Assembly (NCBI GenBank): GCA_963832745.1
Contig: CAWHVC010000002.1
Coordinates: 352,001 to 416,000, forward strand
Reading direction: 5' to 3'
Origin: Candidatus Bathyarchaeota archaeon
Lineage (GTDB): Archaea; Thermoproteota; Bathyarchaeia; Bathyarchaeales; Bathycorpusculaceae
Length of the DNA: 64,000 nt
Of this stretch, positions 38,518 through 49,631 are shown one piece after another (within the stretch, counting starts at the first letter, position 1; every line of letters starts with the position of its first letter). The notes below the pieces were generated by a model. The model worked only from the letters and a program-made list of their open reading frames with translations, ran no database searches and was not told where the DNA came from. The translations under genes were made by a program, and so were the position numbers.

Positions 38518-39936
38518 ATGACCAGTAAATCTTCGTCTATGTGCATTTTTAATACTTTGTCTCGCCAGAAAGAAGTTTTTACGCCGATTGAGGGTGGCGT
38601 GGTTAGGATGTATACTTGTGGTCCAACCGTTTATGATTATGCTCATATTGGTAATTTTCGGGCGTTTGTGTTTGAGGATTTGCTGAAACGTTGGCTGCGA
38701 TACCGCGGCTTCAAGGTCATGCACGTTATGAACCTCACAGACGTGGACGATAAAACTATCAAGGGCAGCCAAGCCAAAGGGATTCCGCTTAGGGAGTACA
38801 CGGATTTTTACGTTAAAGCCTTCTTTGAAGACATAGCCAAACTTAACATTGAACCCGCCGACGAGTACCCCCGTGCCACAGACACCATCCCTGAAATGGT
38901 CTGCAATCATCAAAACCTGCTGGAGAAGGGCGTGGCGTACCGTGGCGAAGACGGCTCTATCTATTATGCGGTTAGCAAGTTTCCAGAGTACGGCAAGCTG
39001 TCGCATTTGAAAGTTTGCGAACTCAAAGCCGGCGCACGCGTTAGCCAAGACGAGTACTGCAAAGAGGAAGCCCAAGACTTCGCCTTATGGAAAGCATGGA
39101 CTCCTGAAGACGGCGACGCCTACTGGATAACTGAACTCGGAAAAGGCAGACCCGGCTGGCACATCGAATGCTCCGCAATGAGCATGAAATATCTAGGCGA
39201 AACCTTTGACATTCACTGCGGAGGAATCGACAACATGTTCCCCCACCACGAAAACGAAATCGCACAATCTGAAGCCGCAACCGGCAAAACCTTCGTCAAC
39301 TATTGGATGCATAACGAGCATTTGCAGGTTGAAGGCAAAAAAATGACTAAACGCCTTGGCAACTTCTACACGTTGCGGGACTTGCTCGCGAAGGGTTATG
39401 ACCCAATCGCCATCCGTTACCTGCTCCTGTCAACGCATTATCGGCAACAATTCAACTTCACGTTTGAAGGCTTATGCTCCGCCAAAAGCGCAGTTGACCG
39501 CCTCAAAAACTTTGTCCGCCGACTCCACGACGCCAACGGCACCGGCAGCGACGGCAAAGTCCAAATGCAAATCAGTCACGTGAAAGAATGCTTCGGCGGC
39601 GCCATGGATGACGACTTAAACATCAGCGTCGCGCTTGCATCCCTATTCGACTTTGTGCGGGAAATCAATAACCTGCTTGACGCGGGCTTAGTCAGCAAAG
39701 ATGAGGCGGCTGAGCTTAGCGATGTAATGGCGGGATTTGATAGTGTGCTTGGAGTCATCGGCAAGGTGGAAGCGGAAGAAGCATTGCCCAGCAACATCGA
39801 CGAACTCGTGCAGAAGCGTGAAGCTGCCCGTAAAGCCAAAAACTGGAAAGAAGCCGACCAAATCCGCGCCCAACTCAAAGCCATGGGCATCGTGGTTGAA
39901 GACACCGCGCAGGGCGTCCGTTGGCACAAAGAATAA
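38518..39936 (+). CDS. cysS: Cysteine--tRNA ligase
   Basis: [37 protein letters not shown]-equivalent KMTKR. Confidence 0.97.
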   Translation: MTSKSSSMCIFNTLSRQKEVFTPIEGGVVRMYTCGPTVYDYAHIGNFRAFVFEDLLKRWLRYRGFKVMHVMNLTDVDDKTIKGSQAKGIPLREYTDFYVKAFFEDIAKLNIEPADEYPRATDTIPEMVCNHQNLLEKGVAYRGEDGSIYYAVSKFPEYGKLSHLKVCELKAGARVSQDEYCKEEAQDFALWKAWTPEDGDAYWITELGKGRPGWHIECSAMSMKYLGETFDIHCGGIDNMFPHHENEIAQSEAATGKTFVNYWMHNEHLQVEGKKMTKRLGNFYTLRDLLAKGYDPIAIRYLLLSTHYRQQFNFTFEGLCSAKSAVDRLKNFVRRLHDANGTGSDGKVQMQISHVKECFGGAMDDDLNISVALASLFDFVREINNLLDAGLVSKDEAAELSDVMAGFDSVLGVIGKVEAEEALPSNIDELVQKREAARKAKNWKEADQIRAQLKAMGIVVEDTAQGVRWHKE

Positions 39937-39937
39937 G

Positions 39938-40727
39938 CTAAGCCGTTTTGCCGTTATGGTTCCATTCTTTTGTAGAATACTTGTCTTCGTAGAGGATTTC
40001 GGCAAGTTCCTGCTCATACGGCGTAAAGCTGGTCTTCTTGGAACTGAATTTTCAAAATCGCCTTAAAGCCTTGCTTTAGCGCGTTGACAAGCGTGTCAGG
40101 ACTCATTTTGTGTCCCAATTCGGCTTCTACGCTGGTAATTTTATCTCGGGCAAAATCAGCTGCTTGCGTGCAGGTGGTGCCTTTGATTTTTAGCAGTTGG
40201 AACATCCTGTCAACATCCACGCTACGCAAAAGTGTGCCATGCTGCAGAACAATGCCGCGAGAAAGGTTTTGGCTGCTACCCGAAATCTTTTTTCCCTCAA
40301 CCGTCAAATTCGGGCAGTTCTTCGCATCACCGCTGCTAAAATCCGCTGGAACACCCAAAAGCCGCAACGCATCGGTTACAGCTTCATAAATTTTGAAGTA
40401 GACGGCGGTTATGTCGCTTGTGCTGCCCAGGCTGGCTACATCTGCGGTGACGCTGTACGTGACTTCGCCTTCAAAATCGTGATAGACGGCTCCGCCTCCA
40501 CTGCAACGCCGCACAACATCCATACCCAACTCTTCGGCAGTTTGAAGGTACACCCAATCCTCCACCTGCTGGTTTCTGCCAACACTCACAGCAGACGGAT
40601 TCCAACGGTAAAGACGCAGAGTGTTCGGCGCTTTTTCAGCTACACGGGCTTGCAGTACAGCTTCGTCGACGGCCATGTTCCAAGCGGCACTGCGGGTTTC
40701 AAATGGGAGTAGACGCCAAGTTTGCAT
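39938..40727 (-). CDS. Lipoate--protein ligase A family protein, frameshift near 40026
   Basis: NMAVDEA, RRCSGGGAVYHD, KKISGSSQ, LQHGT; C-terminus TPYEQELAE..YEDKYSTKEWN lies in another frame. Confidence 0.88.
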
Positions 40728-40778
40728 AAACGTTCACTTTGAAAGAATAGGATTAAGGTTCACGGTTAAAAGTGTAAC

Positions 40779-41273
40779 TTACAGTTTGGACTTTTCAATT
40801 TGGGCTTTGATGGCTGCAATGTTGCCGTCAACCTGCTCCAGCCACTGCCGGTTCCGCGCCGGGTCCAAGCCTTTGCAAGCAAAGATTTCTTTAGCCTTCT
40901 CCATCGACTCAACAGCCGCTGGCAAACATCCCAACGCAGCCAAAGCAGTGCCCTGATTCACCTGTGCCATCAAATACTTACCCGTTTCCGTAGGGTTTAA
41001 TTCACCGATTTGGTCAAAAAAGATTAGTGCCTTATTGGCTGCGGCAAAACTTTCAATGTGTTTACTCAGTCGACCAAAGGCGGCGGATAAGCCTGCTTGG
41101 ACATTGGCTTCGAATCGGCGCTTGTCAAACTCGACGTCTTCTGGCAGCAGGCTGCAGAGGCTTAACGCTTTTTGGCTGATTTCAACTGCGCTTTGGTAGT
41201 CGCCCTGTTGGAAGGCTTTGTTGGCTTTTTCTTGGGCTTGTTGCATGTCGCGGATTACGTGTGTGGCCTTCAT
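40779..41273 (-). CDS. TPR-like protein (DUF3856-like)
   Basis: Helical repeats; ANKALIFFDQIGELNPTETGK segment recalled as typical of this family. Confidence 0.7.
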   Translation of the reverse strand: MKATHVIRDMQQAQEKANKAFQQGDYQSAVEISQKALSLCSLLPEDVEFDKRRFEANVQAGLSAAFGRLSKHIESFAAANKALIFFDQIGELNPTETGKYLMAQVNQGTALAALGCLPAAVESMEKAKEIFACKGLDPARNRQWLEQVDGNIAAIKAQIEKSKL

Positions 41274-41441
41274 TGGTTTACACACATGTTTTGATGTGTT
41301 TCCTTTTAATCAAGCTTTGTAAGCAACTGCCCTGCCCTGTTTTTGGTTGCCGGATTTGCCGTTGTACACTTGCCTATTTGCCCTTTTTGGGTTAAATATT
41401 AATTAGCATGTTTTTTCTAACACCTCTGTAGTGAACGTGTT

Positions 41442-41921
41442 ATGGCTGGAAAAGCAATCATCGTAATGGGTTCAGAACGTGACTTGGACTTTTCGCGTGA
41501 CATCGCTAAATACCTAAAAATCCTCGGCATACCCCACGCTTACCGTGTCGCCAGCGCCCACAAAACTCCCGAAAAAGTCTTAGAAGTAATAAAAGAGTTT
41601 GAAGCAGAAAAAATCGTTTACATCACCGTAGCAGGACGCAGCAACGCATTAAGCGCTTTTATGGACGCCAACACAACTAAACCCGTAATTGCCTGCCCAC
41701 CTTACAGTGAAAAGTTTGGCGGCGCAGACATCTACAGCAGCTTGCGGGTTCCCAGCGGGATTGGCTGCGTAGTCACCATCGAGCCTGAAGGCGCTGCGAT
41801 TGCGGCGGCTAAAATTTTTGCGCTCGACGACGCGGAATGTTTAAAGTTGGTTTGTGATTATCAGCTTTCTAAGAAGAAAGAAGTTGAAAAAGCCAACGAT
41901 TCAGTTGTAAAATTGAAATAG
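41442..41921 (+). CDS. purE: AIR carboxylase/N5-CAIR mutase PurE family
   Basis: IVMGS..D, VASAHKTP, AGRSNAL, PVIACPP, SSLRVPSG. Confidence 0.95.
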   Translation: MAGKAIIVMGSERDLDFSRDIAKYLKILGIPHAYRVASAHKTPEKVLEVIKEFEAEKIVYITVAGRSNALSAFMDANTTKPVIACPPYSEKFGGADIYSSLRVPSGIGCVVTIEPEGAAIAAAKIFALDDAECLKLVCDYQLSKKKEVEKANDSVVKLK

Positions 41922-41981
41922 TAGTACTGCTTTTTCCTTTTTCCATTATTTCAGTGTTTGAACACCTGAAGAGATGAGATT

Positions 41982-43559
41982 ATGAAAACTGAAGTAAATA
42001 TTCCTAAGACTATGTCAACCCAGCATCCTGATAACGTTAATGTGCCTGAATGGTGTAAAGCCCCCGTCATTGACGGTAACGCGGAAGTGTTTGAGGCATA
42101 TTACGCTTACGACACGTTGGGCTGCCAGGAAGTCATGTGGGACAGCGAAGGTAAAGACGTTGACACCCGTGTCCTTCGTAAATTGATGGATAAACACTGG
42201 AAGTTCTTTGAAAATCACATCGTCGGCAGAGACGAGTTCTTAACTTACCGTATTCCCAACCCCAAAATCGAAGCCATTGAAAAGAAAGTGGTAACTGAAA
42301 CCCTGCAAAACATACCCATGGCTTACGATGCAGCAACAAGTTTTTACAAGAAAGATTTTGCGCCAATCTTTGAGGTTATTTTGCCTTTCACAACAGACGG
42401 CAAAGAACCAGTTTGGCTGTACAATTACTACAAAAACGCGATTGTGCATGATGAAGACGTTATGCTTGATGAGACTACAAAAGCTAGTGACTGGGTTGGC
42501 GAAACAAACCCTAAATCAATTAACGTTATCCCACTGGTTGAAGACTTTAAAAGCATCTATAACGTAGACCGCATTGTCAAGCCATACATCAAAATGGTTA
42601 AGCCCAAACACATGCGCGTCTTCATCGCCCGCAGCGACCCCGCCCTTAACTACGGCTTGATCGTGGCAGTTCTGTTGTCCAAAATTGGGTTATTCAAACT
42701 TAAAAAGCTGGAAAAAGAGGAAAACGTCGCCATCCACCCAATCTTGGGAGTCGGCTCCAAACCATTCCGTGGGCACCTCGCACCCGACAACGCAGAATGT
42801 TTCCTGCAAGAATACAAAGGCCTCTCAACCGTCACCATCCAATCTGCAGCCCGATATGATTACCCACTTGAGCAAGTTCAGGAATTCGTAAAAACCCTAA
42901 ACAAGTGCCTACCAAACGGTGAACCAGACCCAATCACGCCAGAAGAAGATAAGCTTCTTTCCAGTGTGCTTGAAAAATGTCGAAAACAGTATGAAGCTGT
43001 AGCTGAAGTCCTAGCGCCACTGGTAAACTGCATCTCTCCGTATGTGCCTCAGCGTAGAGCAAGAAAACTGCACATTGGCTTGTTCGGTTACAGCAGAAGC
43101 GTCGCTGGAGTCAGTCTGCCCCGCGCCATCCCATTTGCAGCAGCACTCTACAGCATCGGTTTACCGCCAGAATTCATAGGTGCCAAAGCCCTTGAAGACT
43201 TAACAGACGCCGAATACGACGCGTTAAGCAAACATTACGTCAACCTAAAACATGATTACTGCAGCGTAGGCGGCTACGTAAGCTGGGAAAACATTAACAT
43301 GCTCATGGAAATGCATCCCCGTGTCGCTAAACGTGCAGGCATGAACGTTGACAACCTACGTCTCGCATTAACCCGCATCCTTGCAGACCTGAAAACAGTC
43401 GAAGAAAAAATCGACACCAAACTCGGCCCACGTACCCTTGAGCACCGTAAACACGAAAACTTCACCAACAACTTCCTAATCAACTACCTACAAGAGGAAG
43501 AAACAGAAGCACGCAAAGCCTTAGTCGAAGCAGCAAAAATCAGACACTGCCTAGGCTAA
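41982..43559 (+). CDS. ppcA: Archaeal-type phosphoenolpyruvate carboxylase
   Basis: MSTQHPDN, MWDSEGK, ARSDPALNYG, RARKLHIGLFGYSR, LPRAI. Confidence 0.95.
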   Translation: MKTEVNIPKTMSTQHPDNVNVPEWCKAPVIDGNAEVFEAYYAYDTLGCQEVMWDSEGKDVDTRVLRKLMDKHWKFFENHIVGRDEFLTYRIPNPKIEAIEKKVVTETLQNIPMAYDAATSFYKKDFAPIFEVILPFTTDGKEPVWLYNYYKNAIVHDEDVMLDETTKASDWVGETNPKSINVIPLVEDFKSIYNVDRIVKPYIKMVKPKHMRVFIARSDPALNYGLIVAVLLSKIGLFKLKKLEKEENVAIHPILGVGSKPFRGHLAPDNAECFLQEYKGLSTVTIQSAARYDYPLEQVQEFVKTLNKCLPNGEPDPITPEEDKLLSSVLEKCRKQYEAVAEVLAPLVNCISPYVPQRRARKLHIGLFGYSRSVAGVSLPRAIPFAAALYSIGLPPEFIGAKALEDLTDAEYDALSKHYVNLKHDYCSVGGYVSWENINMLMEMHPRVAKRAGMNVDNLRLALTRILADLKTVEEKIDTKLGPRTLEHRKHENFTNNFLINYLQEEETEARKALVEAAKIRHCLG

Positions 43560-43756
43560 AATCAACAACCTATGCCTCTTCTTTTATTTTAGTTAACATA
43601 ATTATGCTATAATTCCTGTATTTTGTATTGAGTTTAGTTCTTAGTTAATCGTTTAACCATCGAAAAGCTGATGCTATCAACGGCTATTGCTTTGATTTTT
43701 TCCTTTGCGCTCAAATGGTTATGTGCAGAACTAAGCTGAAAAGAGGTTTTAATCGG

Positions 43757-43900
43757 TCACTTGTTGGATTCTTTTTTTCTTTGTGTTAGCCATGTTTTGG
43801 CTAGTTCTTGTCCTTTTTCTAAGTAAATTAAGTTAACGATTTTGTTCCAGTCGAAGTTTTCTCGTTGGTTGCAGTGTGGGTATTCTTGGGGTGTGAGCAT
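43757..43900 (-). CDS. Possible small protein (47 aa)
   Basis: MLTPQEYPHCNQRENFDWNKIVNLIYLEKGQELAKTWLTQRKKESNK; frame stays open ~35 codons further upstream. Confidence 0.35.
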   Translation of the reverse strand: MLTPQEYPHCNQRENFDWNKIVNLIYLEKGQELAKTWLTQRKKESNK

Positions 43901-44211
43901 TATGAGTCTGTCTGAGTCGCAGATTGTTTGGAAGAGTTCGGTTGGGTTGTAATGGTGGGGAACTGGATAGGGTGTTAGGCTTGTTTGTGGTTGGAAAAGG
44001 TGTTTTTAGTTATAACTAGTTTAAATCCTTGTGTAACAGTATATAGGTTGTTAAGTCAGCGTTTTCGAACAATTGAAAAAGTCAAGTCTCCAGTTGCTTA
44101 CTGTTCAAATCCATCTTATTTGGCATGACTCTAAGATATGAGTGAGCCCCCAGAATTTCAAAACGTTGACTTTGCTAAAAGATTAACGATTAATATTGAG
44201 GACAGAATAAC

Positions 44212-45855
44212 ATGGCATATTTAACGCAAACCCAAAGCGGTCAACCCGTACTCATTTTGAAAGAAGGAACCACTCGAAGTAGAGGCAAAGAAGCCCAACG
44301 AAACAACATCATGGCCGCTCAAGTAATCGGGGAAGTACTCAAAACCACCCTAGGTCCACGCGGCATGGATAAAATGCTCATCGACAGCCTCGGTGACATC
44401 ACCATAACAAACGATGGTGCCACAATCCTAAAAGAAATAGATGTGGAACATCCAGCAGCAAAAATGATGATTGAAATCGCCAAAACACAAGACGAAATGG
44501 TAGGCGACGGAACCACAACCGTTGTAGTGCTAGCCAGTGAACTTCTCAAAAAAGCAGAAATACTTCTAGACCAGAACGTCCACCCAATGATACTGGTCGG
44601 AGGATACCGCAAGGCAGCACAGAAAGCAATGGAAATCATAACCAAAAACGCCGTAGACATCAATGTTGACGATAAAAAAATGATGATGAAAGTTGCTTTG
44701 ACCTCTATGGGAAGCAAATCTGTGGGTGGCGCTAAAGAGCACTTTGCAGAAATAGCCATAGAAGCAATAAAGCAGGTAACCGAGAAACGTGCAGACAAGA
44801 CAATCGCTGACATAGATAACATACAACTGGTGAAGAAGACGGGAAAAAGCCTCATCGAAACCCAACTTATCAGAGGCATAATCATCGACAAAGAAGTCGT
44901 TAACCCGGGAATGCCTAAAAAGAAAGAAAACGCCAAAATCGCACTTTTAGACATAGCCCTAGAAATCGAAAAAACAGAGACAAGCGCCGAAATACGCATA
45001 CATGAACCCAACCAGTTGAAAGCCTTCCTAGACCAAGAAGACAACACGCTCAAAGAAATGGTAACCAAAATCAAAGCTTCAGGCGCAGACATAGTGTTCT
45101 GCCAAAAAGGAATCGACGACATGGTACAACACTTCCTATCAAAAGAAGGCATAATGGCAGCTCGAAGAGTCAAAGAGTCAGACATGGAAAAGCTTTCAAG
45201 AGCAACAGGTGGACGAGTAAGCTCTAATTTGAATGATTTAAAGACGACTGACTTAGGTTTTGCCGGTTTAGTTGAAGAACGCAAAATCGGTGACGACAAA
45301 ATGATTTTCGTCGAAAAATGCAAAGACCCACACAGCGTAGCCATACTGATACGTGCAGGGCTTGAAAGAATGGTGGATGAAGCTGAAAGAACATTAGTAG
45401 ATGCGTTGTCAGTAATTTCAGATGTTACAGAAAACAATAAAATCGTTGCTGGCGGCGGCGCAATCGAAATCGAAATAGCTAAAGAACTACGCAATTACTC
45501 AACCAAAGTCGGTGGAAGACAACAACTCGCAGTAGAAGCTTTCGCAGACGCAGTTGAAGCAATCCCACGCACCCTTGCAGAAAACGGCGGCTTAGAAGCA
45601 ATCGATGTACTCATAGAGTTACGTCAAGTACACGACAAAGAAGACGGCAAATACATGGGCATCAACATATTCACAGGTAAACTACAAAACAGCATTGAAA
45701 ACGGCGTCATCGAACCAATCGTCGTTAAAGAGCAAGCCATAAAATCAGCAGCCGAATCAGCAGCCATGATTTTACGCGTAGACGACATCATCACAGCTAA
45801 ATCTCCAAAAGGCGGGCCAGCAGGTGGAATGCCGGGCGGTATGGGCGAAGAATAA
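44212..45855 (+). CDS. Thermosome (group II chaperonin) subunit
   Basis: LGPRGMDKML, TNDGATIL, GDGTTT, GGMPGGM tail. Confidence 0.97.
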   Translation: MAYLTQTQSGQPVLILKEGTTRSRGKEAQRNNIMAAQVIGEVLKTTLGPRGMDKMLIDSLGDITITNDGATILKEIDVEHPAAKMMIEIAKTQDEMVGDGTTTVVVLASELLKKAEILLDQNVHPMILVGGYRKAAQKAMEIITKNAVDINVDDKKMMMKVALTSMGSKSVGGAKEHFAEIAIEAIKQVTEKRADKTIADIDNIQLVKKTGKSLIETQLIRGIIIDKEVVNPGMPKKKENAKIALLDIALEIEKTETSAEIRIHEPNQLKAFLDQEDNTLKEMVTKIKASGADIVFCQKGIDDMVQHFLSKEGIMAARRVKESDMEKLSRATGGRVSSNLNDLKTTDLGFAGLVEERKIGDDKMIFVEKCKDPHSVAILIRAGLERMVDEAERTLVDALSVISDVTENNKIVAGGGAIEIEIAKELRNYSTKVGGRQQLAVEAFADAVEAIPRTLAENGGLEAIDVLIELRQVHDKEDGKYMGINIFTGKLQNSIENGVIEPIVVKEQAIKSAAESAAMILRVDDIITAKSPKGGPAGGMPGGMGEE

Positions 45856-46122
45856 ATTTCACCCTACATACTAGAACACTTTCCACAAAAGAAATAATGA
45901 ATAGGCAAAAAATTTACCCACAACCATCCGACTGATTAATGGCGGTTCCCCTTCTCTATCAGGGGTCGTGTGCTTTTTTTAAATGGCTGGTTTTAGGTTC
46001 AAACATGTCCTTCTAAAATAATATCCCCAAAATAATCAAAGTAACTTTTGTTTGTGTGGATAAAGTGATATAAGGGAAAATTTAGTATTCACCTATCAAG
46101 CACAAACTTTGAGGAATCAACA

Positions 46123-47181
46123 TTGGGCAGCGTTAAAGATTTACAAGTAATAAAACCCGCTACCCCCGAAGCGATGGGTGTCGGTAGGTTTGATTTTTCT
46201 GACCGTTTTAGCGTTTTTGATTGGGGCGAAATGCCTGACCATATCGTCGGCAAAGGCGCCGCGCTCGCAGTTATGGGGGCTTACTGTTTTGAGCAACTTG
46301 AACGCGTCGGCGTACACACACATTACCGCGGACTCATTGACGAGTCAGGAGAAGCAATGCGGGTTGGCGAGTTAAAAGACCCCTCAAACATCATGGAAGT
46401 CTCACTCGTAAACGTCTACCACCCAAAAATTACCACAGACGCCGGAAAAATCACACGAGACTACAGCATGTACACGCCAGACCTCAAAAACTGCCTAATC
46501 CCCCTCGAAATCATTTACCGCAACGGCTTACCCGAAGGGTCTTCCGTCTTCAAACGCCTCGCACAAGGCAAAGTCACACTCCAAGACCTCGGCTTAGACC
46601 ACCAGCCAAAACCTGGCGAAACCCTAGAGAAACCCATTTTTGACGTAAGCACCAAACTCGAAGAAACCGACCGCTACATCACATGGCAGGAAGCCCAACA
46701 AATCAGTTGCCTAAGCGACTCGGAACTTGCTGAAGTTAAAGTGGTGCTTCTAAAGGCTGATGAAGTCATTTCAAAGGCAGCCAAGAACGCTGAGTTGAAA
46801 AATGAGGATGGCAAAATCGAATTGTCCTTTGATGAGAAACGCAAACTTATGGTTGTAGACGTCGTTGGCACACTTGATGAATGCCGCTTCACTTACGGCG
46901 GTGTGCATGTCAGCAAAGAGGTTGCCCGCCAATTCTACAAGAAAACACAATGGTACACTGACTTGGAAGAAGCCAAAAAACAAGCTGAAACCCAAGGCGT
47001 CAAAGAATGGAAGACCCTTTGCAAGTCACAACCGCCCCGACTTGACCCAACACTTAAACGCGTTATCAGCGAAATGTACATGTCAGTTGCTAACGAGGTG
47101 ACTGGTCTTGGCTTGTTTGATTCGCCAAGGCTTTGTGACGTTATTAATGAGTATAAAGATTACATGAGTGAAAAAGCATGA
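46123..47181 (+). CDS. purC: SAICAR synthetase, archaeal long form
   Basis: MGSVKDL, FSDRFSVFDWG, STKLE, DGKIE, GTLDECRF. Confidence 0.93.
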   Translation: MGSVKDLQVIKPATPEAMGVGRFDFSDRFSVFDWGEMPDHIVGKGAALAVMGAYCFEQLERVGVHTHYRGLIDESGEAMRVGELKDPSNIMEVSLVNVYHPKITTDAGKITRDYSMYTPDLKNCLIPLEIIYRNGLPEGSSVFKRLAQGKVTLQDLGLDHQPKPGETLEKPIFDVSTKLEETDRYITWQEAQQISCLSDSELAEVKVVLLKADEVISKAAKNAELKNEDGKIELSFDEKRKLMVVDVVGTLDECRFTYGGVHVSKEVARQFYKKTQWYTDLEEAKKQAETQGVKEWKTLCKSQPPRLDPTLKRVISEMYMSVANEVTGLGLFDSPRLCDVINEYKDYMSEKA

Positions 47182-48278
47182 GCATGCAAAAACAGATTCA
47201 GCAGGTTATTGCGGGTTACGACCCTGAGAAGGTGCATATCGGCGTTTTAGGCAGCCACTCCGCCCTTGAAATCGCCGCCGGCGCCAAACAGGAAGGATTT
47301 AAAACCGTCGTCGTATGCCAAAACGGGCGCGAGAAAACATACGCCCGCTACTACCGCAACATTTTCGACAAATTCATCTTCCTCGACCGATTCCAAGACA
47401 TAACACGCCCCGAAACCGTCAAAGAACTCGCCGACCTAAACACCGTTTTCGTGCCCAACCGTTCGTTTAGCGTGTACGCCGGTTACCAGGCAATAGAACA
47501 AAAATTCGCCGTGCCCCTGATGGGAAACCGGTATCTGCTCAAAACTGAAGAACGCACAGCCCCAAGGAACCAGCTTTGGCTCCTAAAAGAAGCAGGCATA
47601 GAGTTGCCCCGCGCTATCAAGACGCCCCAAGAAATCGATTGTCCCACAATCATCAAAGTCCCAGAAAAAGGCCGCAGCATTGAACGCGCCTTCTTCTACG
47701 CATCCACTTACGAGGAGTACAAGCGGGAAGCACAAAAACGCCTCGATGCAGGCATAATCACTCAAGAAGCACTTGACCAAGCCATTATCGAGGAATACGT
47801 GATTGGCGCCAAATTCAACGCAAACTACTTCTACTCACCCCTAAACGACGACATCGACCTACTCGGTTTTGACAGGCGCATCCAAACCGACCTCGACGGC
47901 GTTCTTGACCTACCAGCACAGGAACAGCTTGAACTAAACATTCCCACACAAAACATTGAAATCGGCCACATGGGCGTAACTATGCGTGAAAGCCAACTGG
48001 AAAAAATCTTTGAAGCAGCTGAAAAATTCGTTCGTGTCTGCGCTAAAGAGTACCCGCCCGGCATGATAGGTCTGTTTGCGCTTCAAGGCGCGGTTACCAA
48101 GGATTTGCAGTTCCGCGTTTTCGACGTAAGCCCCCGTGTCCCCGGTTGTCCATGCGTTGAACCAACCTCGCCCTACATGAAATATAAGTACGGTACCGAA
48201 GTTGGTCCAGGCAAACGTGTTGCGATGGAAATCAAACGGGCGCTTCGCAAAGGCAGATTGTCTGATGTGGTTACATGA
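47178..48278 (+). CDS. PurP-family ATP-grasp protein (FAICAR synthetase-like paralog)
   Basis: GSHSALEIAAGAKQEGF, PNRSF, ERAFF, GLFALQG. Confidence 0.9.
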   Translation: MSMQKQIQQVIAGYDPEKVHIGVLGSHSALEIAAGAKQEGFKTVVVCQNGREKTYARYYRNIFDKFIFLDRFQDITRPETVKELADLNTVFVPNRSFSVYAGYQAIEQKFAVPLMGNRYLLKTEERTAPRNQLWLLKEAGIELPRAIKTPQEIDCPTIIKVPEKGRSIERAFFYASTYEEYKREAQKRLDAGIITQEALDQAIIEEYVIGAKFNANYFYSPLNDDIDLLGFDRRIQTDLDGVLDLPAQEQLELNIPTQNIEIGHMGVTMRESQLEKIFEAAEKFVRVCAKEYPPGMIGLFALQGAVTKDLQFRVFDVSPRVPGCPCVEPTSPYMKYKYGTEVGPGKRVAMEIKRALRKGRLSDVVT

Positions 48279-49360
48279 TAGAAGCCCAAGACGTCCAAAA
48301 GATTCTTGACAAGTATGACCAATCCAAACTTGCAATCGGCACCTTGGGCTCCCACAGTTCTCTTAACATTTTTAAGGGCGCCAAAGAAGAAGGCTTCCGC
48401 ACCGTTTGTATCTGTAAAGAAAAAGACGCCATAATGTACCAGAAATACCCAGTCGTCGACGAACTCATCATTGTTAAAGATTTTACGGAGTTGCTAAATG
48501 AGAAGCTGCAGGAACGTTTACGAGCGCTTAACGTGGTTTTGATTCCTCATGGCTCCTTCACTGCTTACCTGAGCACTGAGCAACTTACCGATAACCTGAA
48601 AGTGCCCATGATGGGAAACCGCCAGCTGCTCCATTGGGAAGCCAACCGGAAAAGCCAAGAAGAATGGCTACGCCAAGCAGGATTACGGTTGCCCGCCACT
48701 TTTCAGTCGCCAGACGAAATTGACCGTCTCGTCATTGCCAAACTGCAAGGTGCCAAAGGCGGCAGAGGCTATTTCCTTGCCAACTCACCAAAAGGCTTCT
48801 ACAAAAAAGCTGAAGAAATGATAAAACGTGGCTTAATCACCCCACAAGACGTAGCTACCGTTCACCTGCAAGAGTACGCGTTGGGCGTTAACGTTTACCC
48901 CAGCTACTTTAGCAGCATAATTAACAACGACGTTGAAATGCTTGCGATGGACCGTCGTTATGAATCCGCCGTTGACTCCATCGGCAAAATCCCCGCTGCT
49001 GAACAACTTGAAATTGACGTTGCCCCAACTTACACCGTCGTAGGCAACTTCCCCATAGTCCTACGCGAATCCTTACTGCCAGAAATTATGCGAATGGGTG
49101 AAGCAGTCCATAAAAAAGCAGCTGAACTCGCCCCACCCGGAATCATCGGACCCTTCTGCCTTGAAACAGTCATCACTGATGACCTTAAAATCTACACGTT
49201 TGAAATCTCAGCACGCATCGTTGCAGGCACTAACGTTGGCATCGGCACGTCACCTTACGCTTACTTGCGATATGGCGAGAACATGTACATGGGCAGACGT
49301 ATTGCGTTGGAACTAAAAAATGCGGTTAAGCAGAAACGGCTACACGAAGTAGTAGCATAA
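48275..49360 (+). CDS. purP: Formate--phosphoribosylaminoimidazolecarboxamide ligase
   Basis: GSHSSLNI, IPHGSF, GAKGGRGYF, GPFCLE, FEISARIVAGTN. Confidence 0.93.
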   Translation: MIEAQDVQKILDKYDQSKLAIGTLGSHSSLNIFKGAKEEGFRTVCICKEKDAIMYQKYPVVDELIIVKDFTELLNEKLQERLRALNVVLIPHGSFTAYLSTEQLTDNLKVPMMGNRQLLHWEANRKSQEEWLRQAGLRLPATFQSPDEIDRLVIAKLQGAKGGRGYFLANSPKGFYKKAEEMIKRGLITPQDVATVHLQEYALGVNVYPSYFSSIINNDVEMLAMDRRYESAVDSIGKIPAAEQLEIDVAPTYTVVGNFPIVLRESLLPEIMRMGEAVHKKAAELAPPGIIGPFCLETVITDDLKIYTFEISARIVAGTNVGIGTSPYAYLRYGENMYMGRRIALELKNAVKQKRLHEVVA

Positions 49361-49448
49361 ACAGAACATTTTTTGTTTTTTCTATACTTCTTTTCTATCA
49401 ACAGTTAAATGTTCCGTAACGTTTTTTTGCGCAAGGAGAAGGAAGGCT

Positions 49449-49631
49449 TTGGCTCAATCTGAAGAGAACGGGTACCTGTTCATTGACGGAATACCGCTTG
49501 TTTACAGCAAACGCAATATTGAGAGGCAACAAAAAATTGAAACATGGCTCACCCTGTATCAGTTAACCGAAGACCTAAAAGCAGCTAAAGACCAGCTTAA
49601 AACCGCTACCATCCCCGACTATATCCGTTAA
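49449..49631 (+). CDS. Small hypothetical protein
   Basis: AAGGAG-like SD, TTG start, 60 aa. Confidence 0.4.
   Translation: MAQSEENGYLFIDGIPLVYSKRNIERQQKIETWLTLYQLTEDLKAAKDQLKTATIPDYIR

Noticed and set aside
44319-45494. 391-aa antisense ORF
   Set aside because: Shadow of the thermosome gene caused by codon bias; the same applies to the other antisense ORFs over hppA, hdrA, the M20 peptidase and cysS
45900-45975. Short hairpins after the thermosome gene as a tRNA or riboswitch
   Set aside because: No cloverleaf, T-loop or recognisable aptamer; more likely terminator region
47178-49360. Tandem purP paralogs as unusual
   Set aside because: Paired PurP-family genes are common in archaea
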